Of a stretch of 64,000 bases of DNA, positions 42,346 through 55,652 are shown piece by piece. Numbering within the stretch: position 1 is the first letter of the stretch; every line of letters starts with the position of its first letter. The notes under the pieces are model-generated. The model saw only the letters and a program-made list of their open reading frames with translations. It ran no database searches and was not told where the DNA came from. This DNA is from Paraspadella gotoi (Eukaryota; Animalia; Chaetognatha). The stretch covers positions 5,240,532 to 5,304,531 of the forward strand of contig JBJCIZ010000239.1 of NCBI GenBank assembly GCA_051294375.1. Direction: 5' to 3'. The position numbers and the translations under genes are program-made.

Positions 42346-42560
42346 TCACAGCGTCACGTTGGCGGACTGAAGCTTAAAGTAGTGACCCTTGGCGCGCATG
42401 AGCTCCGCGTGGCGTCCGGATTCGACTACGACGCCATCTTTAACGACGAGGATGACGTCGGCGTCTTTTATCGTCGAGAGACGATGAGCGACGACAATCG
42501 ACGTTCGTCCAGATTGAGCGGAATCGAGGGCGGATTGGACCAGAGCCTCGCTCTCGTTGT
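42346..42560 (-). CDS. ABCB1: ABCB terminal coding exon (D-loop, H-loop, stop)
   Basis: (ct)n-cacag|; [71 protein letters not shown]; phase 1 completes ATSALD. Confidence 0.95.
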
Positions 42561-42561
42561 C

Positions 42562-42610
<49 letters not shown>

Positions 42611-44547
42611 TTGAAGGGGAAAAGGGGAGAGATTTTAGTAAATGGAAGTCGAGAATCGATTCGGAAAGTCTGACTTCTTTTGCTAGAGTCGGAACACCAC
42701 ACCAAAGGTTAGATATTTTCTCCTGCCTAGGGGTGACCCCTTGGGAAGGAAGTCCTTTGCGCCCCAAGGGGATCTGCTACGGGGTTGACCCTAAATGCTA
42801 AAAAAAATTATCTCTCCTAGGGTGTATAATTTTTGTACAACCCCAAGAAGACATCCCCCTGACGTCGAACCTCGCCACCCGCCAATGGGAAGGCGTTTAT
42901 TCTGACGGTATAATTGACACGAAGCCTGCTCTCCTTGAAGCTTATGGAAACAGAAAGTAGGTTTATTCAGTCTAAATTTGATAGAATTATTACGTACATT
43001 CATAACAGTCAACTCCTTATATTTTTATGCTAGAGCGTGTGGGATAAAATAGTTTTCCTGATTTAATACGTATGAAAATGGTCATTTTGTACTCACGAAA
43101 CTTCACTTCATTAATTGTATCCATTTCATATTAAAAAAATGAGCGCCAAATTTGAGCTCAATTTTAAAATGTCACTTTTTCTCCTCGAAAAACCAATCAC
43201 GAAAATTAGTAGCAGAAAGTTGAACTGAGATTTCTAAGAAATCAATCGCGACTAAAGAAAAAAAAAAGAAGAAATAAATAAAAAGAAATAAAAAGAAGAA
43301 CGGAAACTCCAATGTTGAGTCGCGTCGCAGTGACTCTCTTTCTTGGACACCCGCTGCATTGGAATCTCGTCTTTTATTCTTTATAGTCTTTTAAAAAGAA
43401 CAGGTAGCGCTAGCAGTCGCTTTGATTTGATGTTCTATTACTGTCTCAACAAATGAGCATCAAACTTTGACCGACCGACCGAATAGAGTTGATTCGCGAG
43501 TGCTCGCGACGCGACTAAAAAAGAAGCCAATCGGCTAGGGTCAGGCAGAGTTCAGTTTTCTGAAAAAAAAAAAACCGGGGTCATTGCATCTTGGAAGGAC
43601 ATCAAGATTTATGAGTGCGACGACGACGACTTTTCTGTCACAAAATGTCATTTTTTATGACAGACGTTTCCGATTCGGTCGAGTTTATCATTGAGTTGAT
43701 AGAAAGTTTATTCGAGGATATCATTGGGTTTATGGGAGAAGTTATGAGTTGATATATATATACTTGTACAAAGGTTTAGTGAGATTTTGTGAGATTTCAC
43801 CACAATAAGGTTTTGTGATAGTGATATTTGAGTGAAAATTATCATCGATTATTTATTAAGGCGGAACAAGTTTCAAACTAACAGAAGTCCCGTATAAATA
43901 TTCTTAATGATTTTATTAAAGATCGTGAATATGAAAAAAAAAAGATTTATCTTATAGTTAAAAGCCTTATTATTTATGAGTTTGGAATTAATCACAAATC
44001 CTAGTTTCATCGGTCAAAATTGCCAACTTTTAACTGCAAATGAAACAGATTTTCTATTCAAAAGAAATGCATGGGACGGACGGTCGCTCTTTCTTTCATT
44101 CATTCATTCATTCATTCATTCATTCATTCATTCATTCATTCATTCATTCATTCATTCTTTCTTACTTTCTTTCTTTCTAGTTTCGGTTTATTTTCTTTCT
44201 ATTTCTCTTTCTCTCTCTCTCTTTCCACGACCTCATACTTAATCGAGCGAGAAGGCTTTCGGAAGGAAAGCCAATATTCTCGCCGTCTAACGCAGCTTCT
44301 TGCTGCACAGCATCGTTGCTGCTTTCTAGTCGCGCTTTGAATTTTTTTGGTCGGGCGACATTCTAGAAGGAGCTACCTAATCTCGCATTCTCACGAAAAG
44401 GCATCGTTCTGGTCAAATTATAAAACTGATGTAGATCTGGCAAGCAACCAAACAAGTGGGCGAGCAAGCGTTTTGACTCTGAAAACAAGCTGCTTGAGAA
44501 GGTGGTAATTCATGTGTCTTGAAAAAAAAAGAGAAGAAAAGAGAGAG

Positions 44548-44592
44548 ATTCACGCGTTTTACCTTTTCAGATTCTGGTTCCCTTGGAAAAAG

Positions 44593-44625
<33 letters not shown>

Positions 44626-45200
44626 AGAGATGAGAGAGAGAGAGAGAGAGAGAGAGAAGAGAGAGACGAGAGCAGTCGCAATCCCCTTTTCTCACAGGTT
44701 TTAAAATTCGTACCCCAACGGCGCTTTAATCCACTCATATCTCTTTTGCTCGACATTTTCTACGAAGCTTAATGCAGTTTGGACCTTTAAGATTTTGTTC
44801 TTTTGTTTCTTTGGTTTGTTCTAGTTGTTTTTCTATTTTAACATTTTAAATGTGATTTTGTAAATCATTTGAAGTAAGTCAACACATCGAATTTTTGCTA
44901 TTATTTTAAATTTACAAACATTGTTATTTTCCCCTAGGAAACCGGTTCTTTTCGAGGCTGTTGTTCATTGCGCTGGAGAACATTTCCTACGGATTTAGAG
45001 CCGAACGACGCCTGTGAGGCGAGCCGAAAACGCTGCAGGTCAACGCCCACAGCGCGTCCATCGTGGAAGCGGGCGCGTCATGCGAAACATTCACCGTAAT
45101 TCATATGCGAGGTCTGAGTTGGGGGAGTGGAGCAGGAGAGGTAGGAGAGAAGAGCGAGGAGAGAAGTAAGGAAAATGTTAAGAAAGAAAGAAAGAAAGAC

Positions 45201-45236
<36 letters not shown>

Positions 45237-47560
45237 ATAGAAAGAAAGGAAAGAAAGAAAGAAAGAGAAGGAAATTGGAGGAAAAACATAAGATAGAAAG
45301 AATGAAAAAAAATTGTGAGAGAAGAGATGAGGAAAACAAAGACAAGAAAATAGGAGAAAGGAAAAACGGACAAGCAAGAAACGAAATTAGAGACAGAATC
45401 GTAGAAAGATCCGACCCTCACAAACTTATCCCATTCTTTATCACCAAACATTTTCTCGATCACCCAAACCACTACCCCCCTCCTGCTCCCTCCTCCTCCT
45501 CCCCCACTCCACCCTTAATTCTCACCCTCCCAACCCCACTGTCCAAGGCCTTCCCCTCGTCGCTCACGAAGACCCGCGTGGGAAGAAGCGCTCAATTGTC
45601 CGGCGGGACAAAATAGCAGCGAGGTAGCCATCGCCGGGCTTGGATCGGAATCGAAGGTGCTTTGCTGCTGGGACGAGGCGACGTCTGCTTGGGTGAGAAA
45701 ATGGGATGGGGACGTTTGGTTACTTACCCAAGTGGACCTTTTTGGACCCTTTTGGTTCCAGTCCGGTGTCGTCGTTTGTCTGTCTGTCGTCTGTACCACT
45801 TACTTTAAAAAATGCATAAGAATTTACTATAGCCGGTTCTCTCATTTTTGTATAATAGACAGAGAAAACCTCAAATCTAAGGGACTGCTAGCGACGGCCT
45901 TCAGGAAATTCCTAAACTATAAAGAATAAAAGATGTAATTTTGAGCAGTGTCTATGTGATAAATACACGGGGGCTAAAAAAGTGTTTTGTAGTCATGTCA
46001 TGTCACGTCACTTATCATGTGATCTAGGGAAATTCACGTGAACATAAAAGTCACTGCATCGAGAAGCACATCGGGGAAGTGCCGGTTACGGTAATTAGGT
46101 TATATTTTTCTAGTTGATTCATCAATTATTATTATATTATTATATAATAGTATAATATTTGAGGGGTAGATTTTTTTTTAATGTCTAAAAATGGCAGCAT
46201 CCGATACAAAAATTATCCATTTCATTTAATAAATAAAGGCTATCTTGCCCCCCCGACTTTGGACGGGCTTTGGTCGTTTAGAGGCCTTCCATCACTTCTT
46301 ACAAGATAATTATTATATGCAGGTCCCTGCGAGCTTTCCAATCAAGACTTCTACTGTTTTTGTAAGAGAGCAAAAGGGTTCCAAACTCTCTTGTGATTTC
46401 ATCTATAGTTCCTTCCTTATATTCTTTACCTTTTTGTGTATTGTGTATGTTGTCATTTCAGATGTCCTTTCCTTTCTTTGCTATATTATTGCTTTCTTTG
46501 TCTTCTCTTTCTTTCTTTGTTCTTCTTTCTTTCTTTCTTTCTTTCTTTGCTTTCTTTCTTTCTTTCTTTCCTTTCTTTTCTTTCTTCTTTCTTTCTTTCT
46601 TTCCTTCTTTCCATCGCCTCATCAAACCTCAAGCGTTGCCTAATGTGTTCGTGCGCCTATAAACACCAATGATCACCGCAGTACAGAAGTCTGCTTCTCT
46701 CTCTCTCTCCCTTCACTCTCGTCTCCTCTCTCTCCTCTCTGTCTCTATCTCTCTGCCGTCCTCTCTCTGCGACTATGAACATAAACGAAAAGTCGATAAT
46801 GCGAGCGCGCCGGCCGTCGCAGGTCTCGCGTTAGTCAGGGGCAACGGGTCGGGAGGGTTCGACCTGCGTACGCGAATGTGGGGTTGCAGACCCTGGGGGA
46901 CCTTCGGGATGGGGTCTGTTAGTTTAAACTTTAAACTTCAGCAGTTAACGAATTTCGTTACTGTTAAACAAAAACAATTGTGTCTCTTTTTTATTTTTTT
47001 TAATAAATTTAAAATATAGCATTATTAATAAGTCTGGTTCACTTACGGGGTTTTTGAATATGTCCGAATTACACTTCAGATCAAAAAGGCAGGAGGATGG
47101 AGGAGAGAGAGAGAGGAGAGAGAGAGAAGAGAAGGAAGAGAGAGAGAGGAGGGAGAGAGAGAGAGAGATGAAAGATCATCGCCCTGAAAGGAAATTTAAA
47201 CAAAAATATTCTCCCTCACATTTCTCTTTGCTGAAGAAGTAAAGGAAAAACGCTCTACGGTTTGTATTAAGCGTTAATAAGCGTGTTGTAACGTTAAATC
47301 TTAAAAATATAGAAACGTTTTTAGTTAACATAGAATCGTTAAAACCGAAGCGAATTACTTTAGCTAAAAGAGTTTTCGCCATGCTGAAGAGCAAAAGCTA
47401 ATAGAATTTTAAAAATCGTTAAATATGTATTATTTGATTGAACAGTTCGATTCTATGAACATAGCTTCGTGGGCGATATTTATTAACAATTTTTTAACGA
47501 TTAGGATAAAGATATAAAAGGAAACATTAAAAATTTCCTCCGTGAAAAGAAATGAAACGA
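44548..47560 (+). repeat. Left arm of ~3 kb fold-back: indel-rich inverted copy of 47740-50610 including two ABCB NBD2 exons
   Basis: 44935-45110 mirrors exon 50051-50201; 45548-45692 mirrors exon 49488-49629; arms converge on a (GA)n tract and an N gap at ~47715-47739. Confidence 0.95.
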
Positions 47561-47607
47561 GAGAGAGAGAGAAGAGAGGAGAGAGAGAGAGAGAGAGAGA
47601 GGAGAGA

Positions 47608-47682
<75 letters not shown>

Positions 47683-48508
47683 AGACCTAATTGGCGTACG
47701 GATACTCACTGCTTNNNNNNNNNNNNNNNNNNNNNNNNNTCTCTCTCTCGTTTCATTTCTTTTCACGGGGGAAATTTTTAATGGTTCCTTTTATATCTTT
47801 ATCCTAATCGTTAAAAAATTGTAATAATATCGCCCACGAAGCTATGTTCATAGAATCGAACTGTTCAATCAAAATAATTAATATTTAACGATTTTAAAAT
47901 TCTATTAGCTTTTGCTTCATGGCGAAACTCTTTTAGCTAAGGTAATTCGCTTCGGTTTTTAACGAGTTAACGTTTTAAAAACGTTTCTATATTTTTAACT
48001 TGATAACGGTTACTAACGTTATTAACGCTTATTACAAAACCGTAGAGCGTTTTTTTCCTTTTACTTCTTCAGCAAAGAGAAATGTGAGGGAGAATATTTT
48101 TGTTTAAATTTCCTTTCAGGGCGATGATTTCATCTTTTTAATAAATTAAAAAATATTAATGATCTGGGTACCTAACTGGGTTTTTGAATATTCGNNNNNN
48201 NNNNNNNNNNNNNNNNNNNNNNNNNNNNNNNNNNNNNNNNNNNNNNNNNNNNNNNNNNNNNNGGAGGGAGAGAGAGACGAGAGAGAGAGCCAGAGAGGGA
48301 TGACAAAAAAAATAGCAATTTGGTTTTGTGGTTTCAACTAGAACGAAATTCTTAACTCTGAGTTTTAAAGTTTAAACTAACAGACCCTATCCCGAGGTCC
48401 CCCAGGGTCTCAACCCGCATTCGATACGCAGGTCTGAACCCTCCCACCCGTTGCTCGCCTAACGAGGCGACCCGGGCGCTCGCTTTATCGTTTCGTTTAT
48501 GTTCATAG

Positions 48509-48565
<57 letters not shown>

Positions 48566-48649
48566 CTGTACTGCGGTGATCATGGTGTTTATGAGGCGCA
48601 CGAATCACATTAGGCAACGTTGAGGTTTGATGAGGGATGGAAAGAAGGA

Positions 48650-48729
<80 letters not shown>

Positions 48730-49487
48730 AATAATATAGAAAGAAAGGAAAGACAATGAATGACAACATCCAAAACAAAAAGGTAAAAATATAAGGAAGG
48801 AACTTTAGATGAAACCAAGAATGAGATTGAGTTTTTAGGACCATTTTGCTCTCTTACAAAAACAGTAGAGTCTTGATTGGAAGCTCGCAGGGACCTGCTA
48901 TATAATTATCTTGTAAGAGTGATGGAGGCCTTAAACGACCAAAGCCCGTCCAAAGTCGGGGGCAAGATAGCTTATTTATTAAATGAATGGATAATTTTAT
49001 ATCGGATGCTCCATTTTTGAGACATTAAAAAAAAACTCTACCCTCAATATATATATTATATAATATATATAATATATGATATTCAACTAGAAAAATTAAC
49101 CTTAATTCCGAACGGCACTTCCCATGTGTTTCGATGCAGTGACTTTATTTTCACGTGAATTTCCCTTAGATCACATGATATGACGTGACATGACATGACT
49201 AAAAACACTTTTTTAGCCCGTGTATTTATGACATGCACTGCATCAAAATTACATCTTTTATTCTTTATAGTTTTAGGAATTCCTGAAGGCGTCGCTAGCA
49301 GTCCCTTAGATTTGAGGTTTTTCTTCTGTCTTAACAAATGAGCAACCGGCTATAGGTAAATTTTATGCATTTTTAAAGTAAGTGGAACAGACCGACAGAC
49401 AGACATACCGACGGACCGACGGACCAAAAAGGGTCAAAAAGGACCACTTGGGTAAGTAAAACCAAACTCCCCATCCCATTTCCTCAC

Positions 49488-49629
49488 CCAAAGCCGACGT
49501 CGCCTCGTCCAGCAGCAGCACCTTCGGATTCCTTATCAACGCCCTGGCGATTGCCACTCGTCTGCTTTTTGTCCGCCGGACAATTGAGCCGCTCTCTTCC
49601 CACGTCGGGTCTTCGTAGCCGAGGGAAGC
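49488..49629 (-). CDS. ABCB1: ABCB NBD2 exon (signature, Walker B), with indel errors in its 5' part
   Basis: gtccag|...|gtgagg; QLSGGQK...[24 protein letters not shown]. Confidence 0.9.
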
Positions 49630-49915
49630 CTGGACGGGGTGGCGTTGGGAGGTGAGAATTAAGGGTGGAGTGGCGGAGGAGAGTAGGAGGAGCGAGGAGG
49701 GGTAGTTAGGTTTGGGGTAGATCGAAGAAATGTTTGGCTGATGAAAAATGGATAAGTTTGTAGAGGTCGGTCTTTCTCGATTCTCTCTTTCTTTTCGTTC
49801 ATTCCTTTTTGGTCTGTCTTTTTTCTGTCCTTTTTCTCTATTTTTCTGTCTTTTTTCTCATCTCTTTCTCACATTTTTTTTCATTCTTTCTATCTTTGTA
49901 TTTTTTCCTTCAATT

Positions 49916-49987
<72 letters not shown>

Positions 49988-50050
49988 AACTTCTTCCTTA
50001 CTTTCTCTCCCTCTCTCTCTCCCCCTCCCTCTCCCACTCCCCAACCAGAC

Positions 50051-50201
50051 CCGATATGAATTCGTGAATGTTCGCTTGACGCGCCGCTTCCACGATGGCG
50101 GCGCTGTGGGCGTGACCGGCGTCGTTTTCGTCCTCGGCGTCGTTCGACTCTAATCCGTAGGAAATGTTCTCCGCAATGGAACAGTCGAAAAGAACCGGTT
50201 C
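50051..50201 (-). CDS. ABCB1: ABCB NBD2 exon (helical subdomain)
   Basis: ccctag|; EPVLFDCSIAENISYGLESNDAEDENDAGHAHSAAIVEAARQANIHEFIS; donor position uncertain by a few nt. Confidence 0.9.
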
Positions 50202-50448
50202 CTAGGGGAAAAAACAATGTTTTAATTTAAAATAATAAAAATTCCGATTTTGATTATTAAAATTATCAAAAATAATAAAATGTTAAAAAGAAAAAAAATA
50301 GAAAAACAAAAGAAACAAAAGAAAAAAAATTAAAAGTCAAAAATGAATTAAGCTTCGTAGAAATGTGAGCAAAAGAGATTGAGTGGATTAAAAGCGCCAT
50401 CTGGGGTACGAATTTTAAAAACTGATGAGAAAAAAGGGGATTCGACTG

Positions 50449-50570
<122 letters not shown>

Positions 50571-52774
50571 TCCAAAGGGAAACCAGATGAAAAGTAAAAC
50601 GACGTGAGCCTCTTTTTTACTTCTAATAAAAACCAATATAAATGCGATTACTTGGGATTATTCCTGACGCCAACTCTTTCTCCCTCTCTCTCTCCTTCCC
50701 CCTCTCTATCTCTCTCTCTTTTTCTCTCTCTCTCTCTCTGTTTTTTTGTGTCGCGGTTCGACCCCTTGAATTATTCATACTCTCTCTTTGGCCAACCAGA
50801 GAAAACTACTTTTTTCTTTCTCTTGGACTAAAGAATAGAACAAGAAAAGAAAATCAATAAATCTTTTGGGTATAGAACGAAAGAAAAGATGACGCAGAGA
50901 CCGATGAGAGAGGCGACCGACGGAACACCGGACCCGCGACGAGCGAGAGAGACGATGAGCACGCAGCAGACGGACGCAGAGACGAGAGAGAGAGAGAGAA
51001 AATTTTCAGATGGGATTGGATGTGGAACCACGAGGTCAAGTACTCCAATCCATATTTACATCGAATGTTAATATATTTTAATGTACAAACTCCATTTTTT
51101 CTGCGTTGCCATAACGACCTCTCGATTTTTAATCTAAAAGAGAATTAACTTTTTTTTTTCTTTTTCTCAACGATTTTTTTTTTTAGTTGCGTCACGTGTA
51201 TTCTCGACATAACTCCATAAAACAGTTAGTCGTCGGTCGGTTGGCCAATCGGTCGGTCGGTTAATCGGTAAATATTTTTTTTCTACGTATTAATTTATTT
51301 ACATTGTTTTTAAATATAAATAACCCATATAATACTGAGTTTTTTTAGATAATTTTTGATTCATAGATGCGGTACATATCAATTACAAGGTTTCAACTTA
51401 ATAGCTAATATAAACCATACATTTTTATTGTAATATATATTTCCGTAATTAACTTGGGACACAATAAAACGTTAATGCTGCGCAACGTAATGAACTTGCC
51501 GTTCCCTTATTTTTTATCCCCCCCCCCAAAAAAAGGATCTCGTCCTTTTTTGTGGCCATCGTCAAAACAGGAAAAAAAAAAGATTCCGAATCATCTTCCT
51601 AATTTTCTCGCTCATCAAGAGAGGAGGTTCCATCGACTTTTCTATCTCTTCTCTTTTCCTCTCTCCTTTACCTCTCTTTTCCTCTCTTTCCTTTTCTTTC
51701 GAATCTCCTCCAGTTTTCTCTTTTCGTCACATTTTTATATTTATGTCAGAGATGATTATTTAATATTATCTTAAATGAGATTATTTTTTTCAAATCCATT
51801 TACATATTGCAGNNNNNNNNNNATTTAATATTATCTTAAATGAGATTGATTTTTTCAAACTCATTTACATATTGCAGTGTTAAGTCTATATGAGTTCCTT
51901 TTTTCATTTTGGATTCTTATATTTTACTTCATTTTTTTTCCTTCCCTTTTCCTCCCATTTTGTTTCTTTTTATCTTATTTTTTTCCTTTATAATACTTAT
52001 TTTTTTATATTTTCTTTCCTTTTTTCTTTTCATCCCTTCCCCTCTTTCAAATACTGACAACTTCCCTTATTCACATCCTCACCTCTCTTCAGTTTTCACG
52101 TCTTCCCTCCCCCCCCAAATGCCCTAGACCGAGATTAAAACCTCTCATTTTTTTTTAAACTAAATTTGTTTACAAGTTTGTTTTTTTATTAAGAATTTTT
52201 TTACATTTTTTTCTTTCAAATTCTATCAAAATATTTTTTGCCCGGTCGTCGACTTTTCTCTTTCAGAATCTCACAGGATAGAAAATGAAAAAAAATATTT
52301 TTTTTGGCTATATTTTTTTCGGGGTTTCAATTCAGTCATAGAGAAAAGAGAAATAAATGAGATACAGAAACGTAAAGAGTTAATGTTAAATGAATAACGA
52401 AAGAAAATACTGAAAAAAAAGCTTATAATATATCGACAGATACTAAAGCCAATAACTCCGGGTGTTAATAAACTAGACTGTGAGAGACTCTTCATTGAAA
52501 GCTTGCAAGAGATAAAGCTTGTAAGAGATAAAGGTCTTTACCCATCAAAACCTGTCCAAAGTCAGAATCAAGATATCATATTTATCAAATGAATGAATAA
52601 TTCACCAGCGGTTGTGACTAATCTAATAACAATACTTCTATAGAATGGACCACATTTAACCACACAGCAGTAATCCCTCGGGCCACTTCCCCTTCGACTC
52701 ATCTCCACACAAAACCAACGAGACCACGCAACCCCCACCTCCACAAATTTCTCCCCCCCCACACCCCACAAAAC

Positions 52775-53055
52775 CTGAGCGACGAGCCCGACGAGCGACC
52801 GCATCCACTTCAGATTGAGCCCCTCCAACGCCTCGTCGTCGAAGGCCACCTTCCCGTCGTCGGGATCGTACAGCCGCAGCAGGAGCTGCACCACCGTCGA
52901 CTTGCCGCAGCCGCTGCCGCCGACGACGGCGACGCGCTGCCGCGGCTCCGCTGCCAGAGTGAGGCCTCTGAGGACGGCGACGGTGGGGCGGGACGGGTAA
53001 GAGAAGTTGACAGAGTCGAGGGTCAGGCGACCGCAGGGTGAGGTCAGGCGTTTGC
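52775..53055 (-). CDS. ABCB1: ABCB NBD2 exon (A-loop, Walker A, Q-loop)
   Basis: caccag|...|gttttg; ...VNFSYPSRPTVAVLRGLTLAAEPRQRVAVVGGSGCGKSTVVQLLLRLYDP...WMRSLVGLVAQ. Confidence 0.95.
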
Positions 53056-53693
53056 CTGGTGGGGGGGCAGGGTTGAGGATGGAGAATTGTGTGTTGGGTT
53101 CGCAAACATTGCCAACATTTTAGCATTCAATTACATCATTTAATAAATACATTTTATCATTTTAGCATACGATTACTTTATTTATCATAAAAATTACATT
53201 TACATTTTAACATATAATTAGAATGAAACCTTTTGCATACAACTACATTCCTTAAAATTTATCGCGTGCGCCGAATAAATGTAAATTCATGTATTGGAGA
53301 AAGCAGCCCTTTAAAAACCAATTAGTACGCTTCAAGGTATATAAATAAATATATAAATGATTTTTTTTTACATTTTTAGACTTTTTAAACTTTCTCAAAA
53401 ATTCAGAAACTGTCCAAAGTCGGGGACATGATATTAATAAATGAATGGATAATTTGTATATTGATCATACCAATTTCGTACTAATATTTGATAGAAATTC
53501 ATTACAAAACCAATATAACCCAATAACTAACCTTAATCTTAAACCCTGTTCCATAACCCAAACCTAATCCTTAACCCAGAGCCCTAAAACTTATTTAACA
53601 ATTGAATTTAACAATTGTGTTATTATCGTTTTTGTTATTAATAAAAAATAATCCACCCTTCCTCTAACCTCCCCCTCTGTCCTCCCCCCTAAC

Positions 53694-53838
53694 CTTCCGG
53701 CGCGTCTATCTCTATCCTCGACTTCCGATCGATCAAAGCGAAGATCCAGCCTGACGCCTGTCGTGCTTTGGCGAAATCAGGCGCAAAGCTGCTGATTTGA
53801 CCGACTGCCATCGCGCCGAAGACCACACAGCCGAAAAC
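53694..53838 (-). CDS. ABCB1: ABCB TM12 exon
   Basis: acacag|...|gttagg; [48 protein letters not shown] (cf. [26 protein letters not shown]). Confidence 0.94.
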
Positions 53839-54081
53839 CTGTGTGTGTGTGTCGTGCGGAGTTGTGGAGGGGGAGGTTAACTCTTAGTTAACTCTCTCTC
53901 TTCTCTCTGCCAGAATGTAACATTTTTGAGCATTACAATCAACTCAAAATCATCACTCTCTCTTTCTCTCTTCTCTCTCTCTCTCTCTCTCCCTCTCTCT
54001 CTCTCTCAAATCTCTCTCCCTCTTCTCTCCCTCCCTCCCTCACCTCTCTCTCTCATTCAGCCCTAACCTTACCCAACTTAC

Positions 54082-54181
54082 CGCATGAGTTCGTTGAAAT
54101 TCGAACTGTCCGTTGGATGAATAAGACAGCGAAGGTGAGGCGCACGGCGATAGCGAAAGTAGATGATTGCATTGGGAGAAG
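54082..54181 (-). CDS. ABCB1: ABCB TM11 exon, with apparent insertion errors
   Basis: ctccag|...|gtaagt; fragments FSQC/IIYF/AIAV...NFNELM across frameshifts, at the position expected for FTQAMMYFSYA...FEDVL. Confidence 0.65.
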
Positions 54182-54269
54182 CTGGAGAGGAGAACGAGAC
54201 GTAGAGGACTTCGTCGGAGAGATAGAGAGAGGAGAGGTATCGAGGAGGGAAGAGAGAGAGCAGAGAGAG

Positions 54270-54320
<51 letters not shown>

Positions 54321-54431
54321 ATTCAAATTTGTAAGTCTTAGAACCCAATGGCGCGAGCCTCTAAAATCGTCTTCGCGCGGAAATCTTAAAACCACAGATT
54401 CTCTCTCTCTCTACTCTTTCCCTCAACTCGC

Positions 54432-54593
54432 CTGCGACAGTCCCATAACGTGGCTGCTCTTGACGGCGTTGTCGGCAATCTCCGTGATGCCCTCGTCGTA
54501 CTTCCGGTAGAAATGCGCCTCTCGACCCAGAGACGCCACCGTGCGGATGTTTTCTATCGCTTCCACCGCCGCCTCCGTCGCTTTTTCCAGGCT
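54432..54593 (-). CDS. ABCB1: ABCB TMD2 exon (coupling helix), ending at a probable GC donor
   Basis: ctccag|; SLEKATEAAVEAIENIRTVASLGREAHFYRKYDEGITEIADNAVKSSHVMGLSQ then cag|gcgagt. Confidence 0.9.
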
Positions 54594-54905
54594 CTGGAGA
54601 GGGCGGTGTGCAATGGAGGGGAAGTGTGAGAGGGCGGTGTGCAGGTGGGGGAGGGGAAGTGTGACAGGGAATCGTAAGAGTGACTTTTTATTCCTCGATA
54701 TGTTTCTTTTCTTTTTTTTTTTCTTTTTCTCTCTCCCTCCGCCCGAGGCTTAAAAAGTGGTTTAAAAATATAAAAAAAACTATTTAACATATAAAATTAT
54801 AATTTTCAGCTTCAAATATAGGTTTTTCTGATATTTGACCAACTTAATGAAAGAACTTTTAAAAAAGAGTTATATTTCATGACGAATTTAAATCTTCAAA
54901 AAAAT

Positions 54906-55165
54906 CTTACAAAAAATTATTTTGAAATTTTAGCATTTATTGGATAGTACTATGTATAAATATTGTCTGATGCGTAAATTGTACAATTTATTAAAAGTTA
55001 AGTTTAATGTTGTTCGTTAATATAAATAAATAAATAAATAATCTAAAAATATTACAAAAAACTATTTTGAAATTTTAACATTTATTGGATTAGTACTATG
55101 TATAAATATTGTCTGATGCGTAAATTGTAAAATTTATTTAAAGTTGAGTTTTAAGTTGTTCGTTC
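54906..55165 (+). repeat. Direct duplication of a ~115-bp AT-rich unit
   Basis: ttacaaaaaa..attttgaaatttta.catttattggat..gtactatgtataaatattgtctgatgcgtaaattgta occurs at ~54906 and ~55052. Confidence 0.9.
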
Positions 55166-55340
55166 CTAACTTTGAGAACTTTAATTAGAGATCAATTTAG
55201 AATTTTTACTACGCTTCCTTCCTCCCTCTCTCCTCGCCCTCTTGAAACCAACCAATCAATCAATCAATCAACGACTTCCTTCCTTTTCAAAAGACAATAA
55301 ATCAATCGATCAATCAACTAATCAATCAATTAATCAATCG

Positions 55341-55382
<42 letters not shown>

Positions 55383-55460
55383 TAATCAATCAATCAAACA
55401 ATCAAACAATCAAACAATCAAACAATCAAACAATCAATCCATTTCCATTTCCCCAAATAC

Positions 55461-55652
55461 CTTCTTGTCCTCCTTGTTTCTCGAAGTCATGAACTTTGCC
55501 CTCATGGCTCCGGCCGCCACCAAGAAGGGAGCGAAGGCAAGAATGACCAGAGTCAATTCCCAGCCGGAGTAGAAGGCGATGGCGAGAGACGCGGCCACGT
55601 TGACGACCTGTTGCATCATGAAGCCGAGTTGTTGTCCCACGGCTCCTTTGAC
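55461..55652 (-). CDS. ABCB1: ABCB TMD2 exon (TM9-TM10)
   Basis: aaaaag|...|gtattt; VKGAVGQQLGFMMQQVVNVAASLAIAFYSGWELTLVILAFAPFLVAAGAMRAKFMTSRNKEDKK. Confidence 0.93.

Noticed and set aside
44935-45692. Separate plus-strand ABC gene or old pseudogene
   Set aside because: Mirror image of 49488-50201 within the fold-back, with an error-like indel pattern.
51756-51877. ~55-bp direct repeat suggesting a target-site duplication
   Set aside because: Copies directly flank a 10-N gap, typical of unmerged contig overlap.
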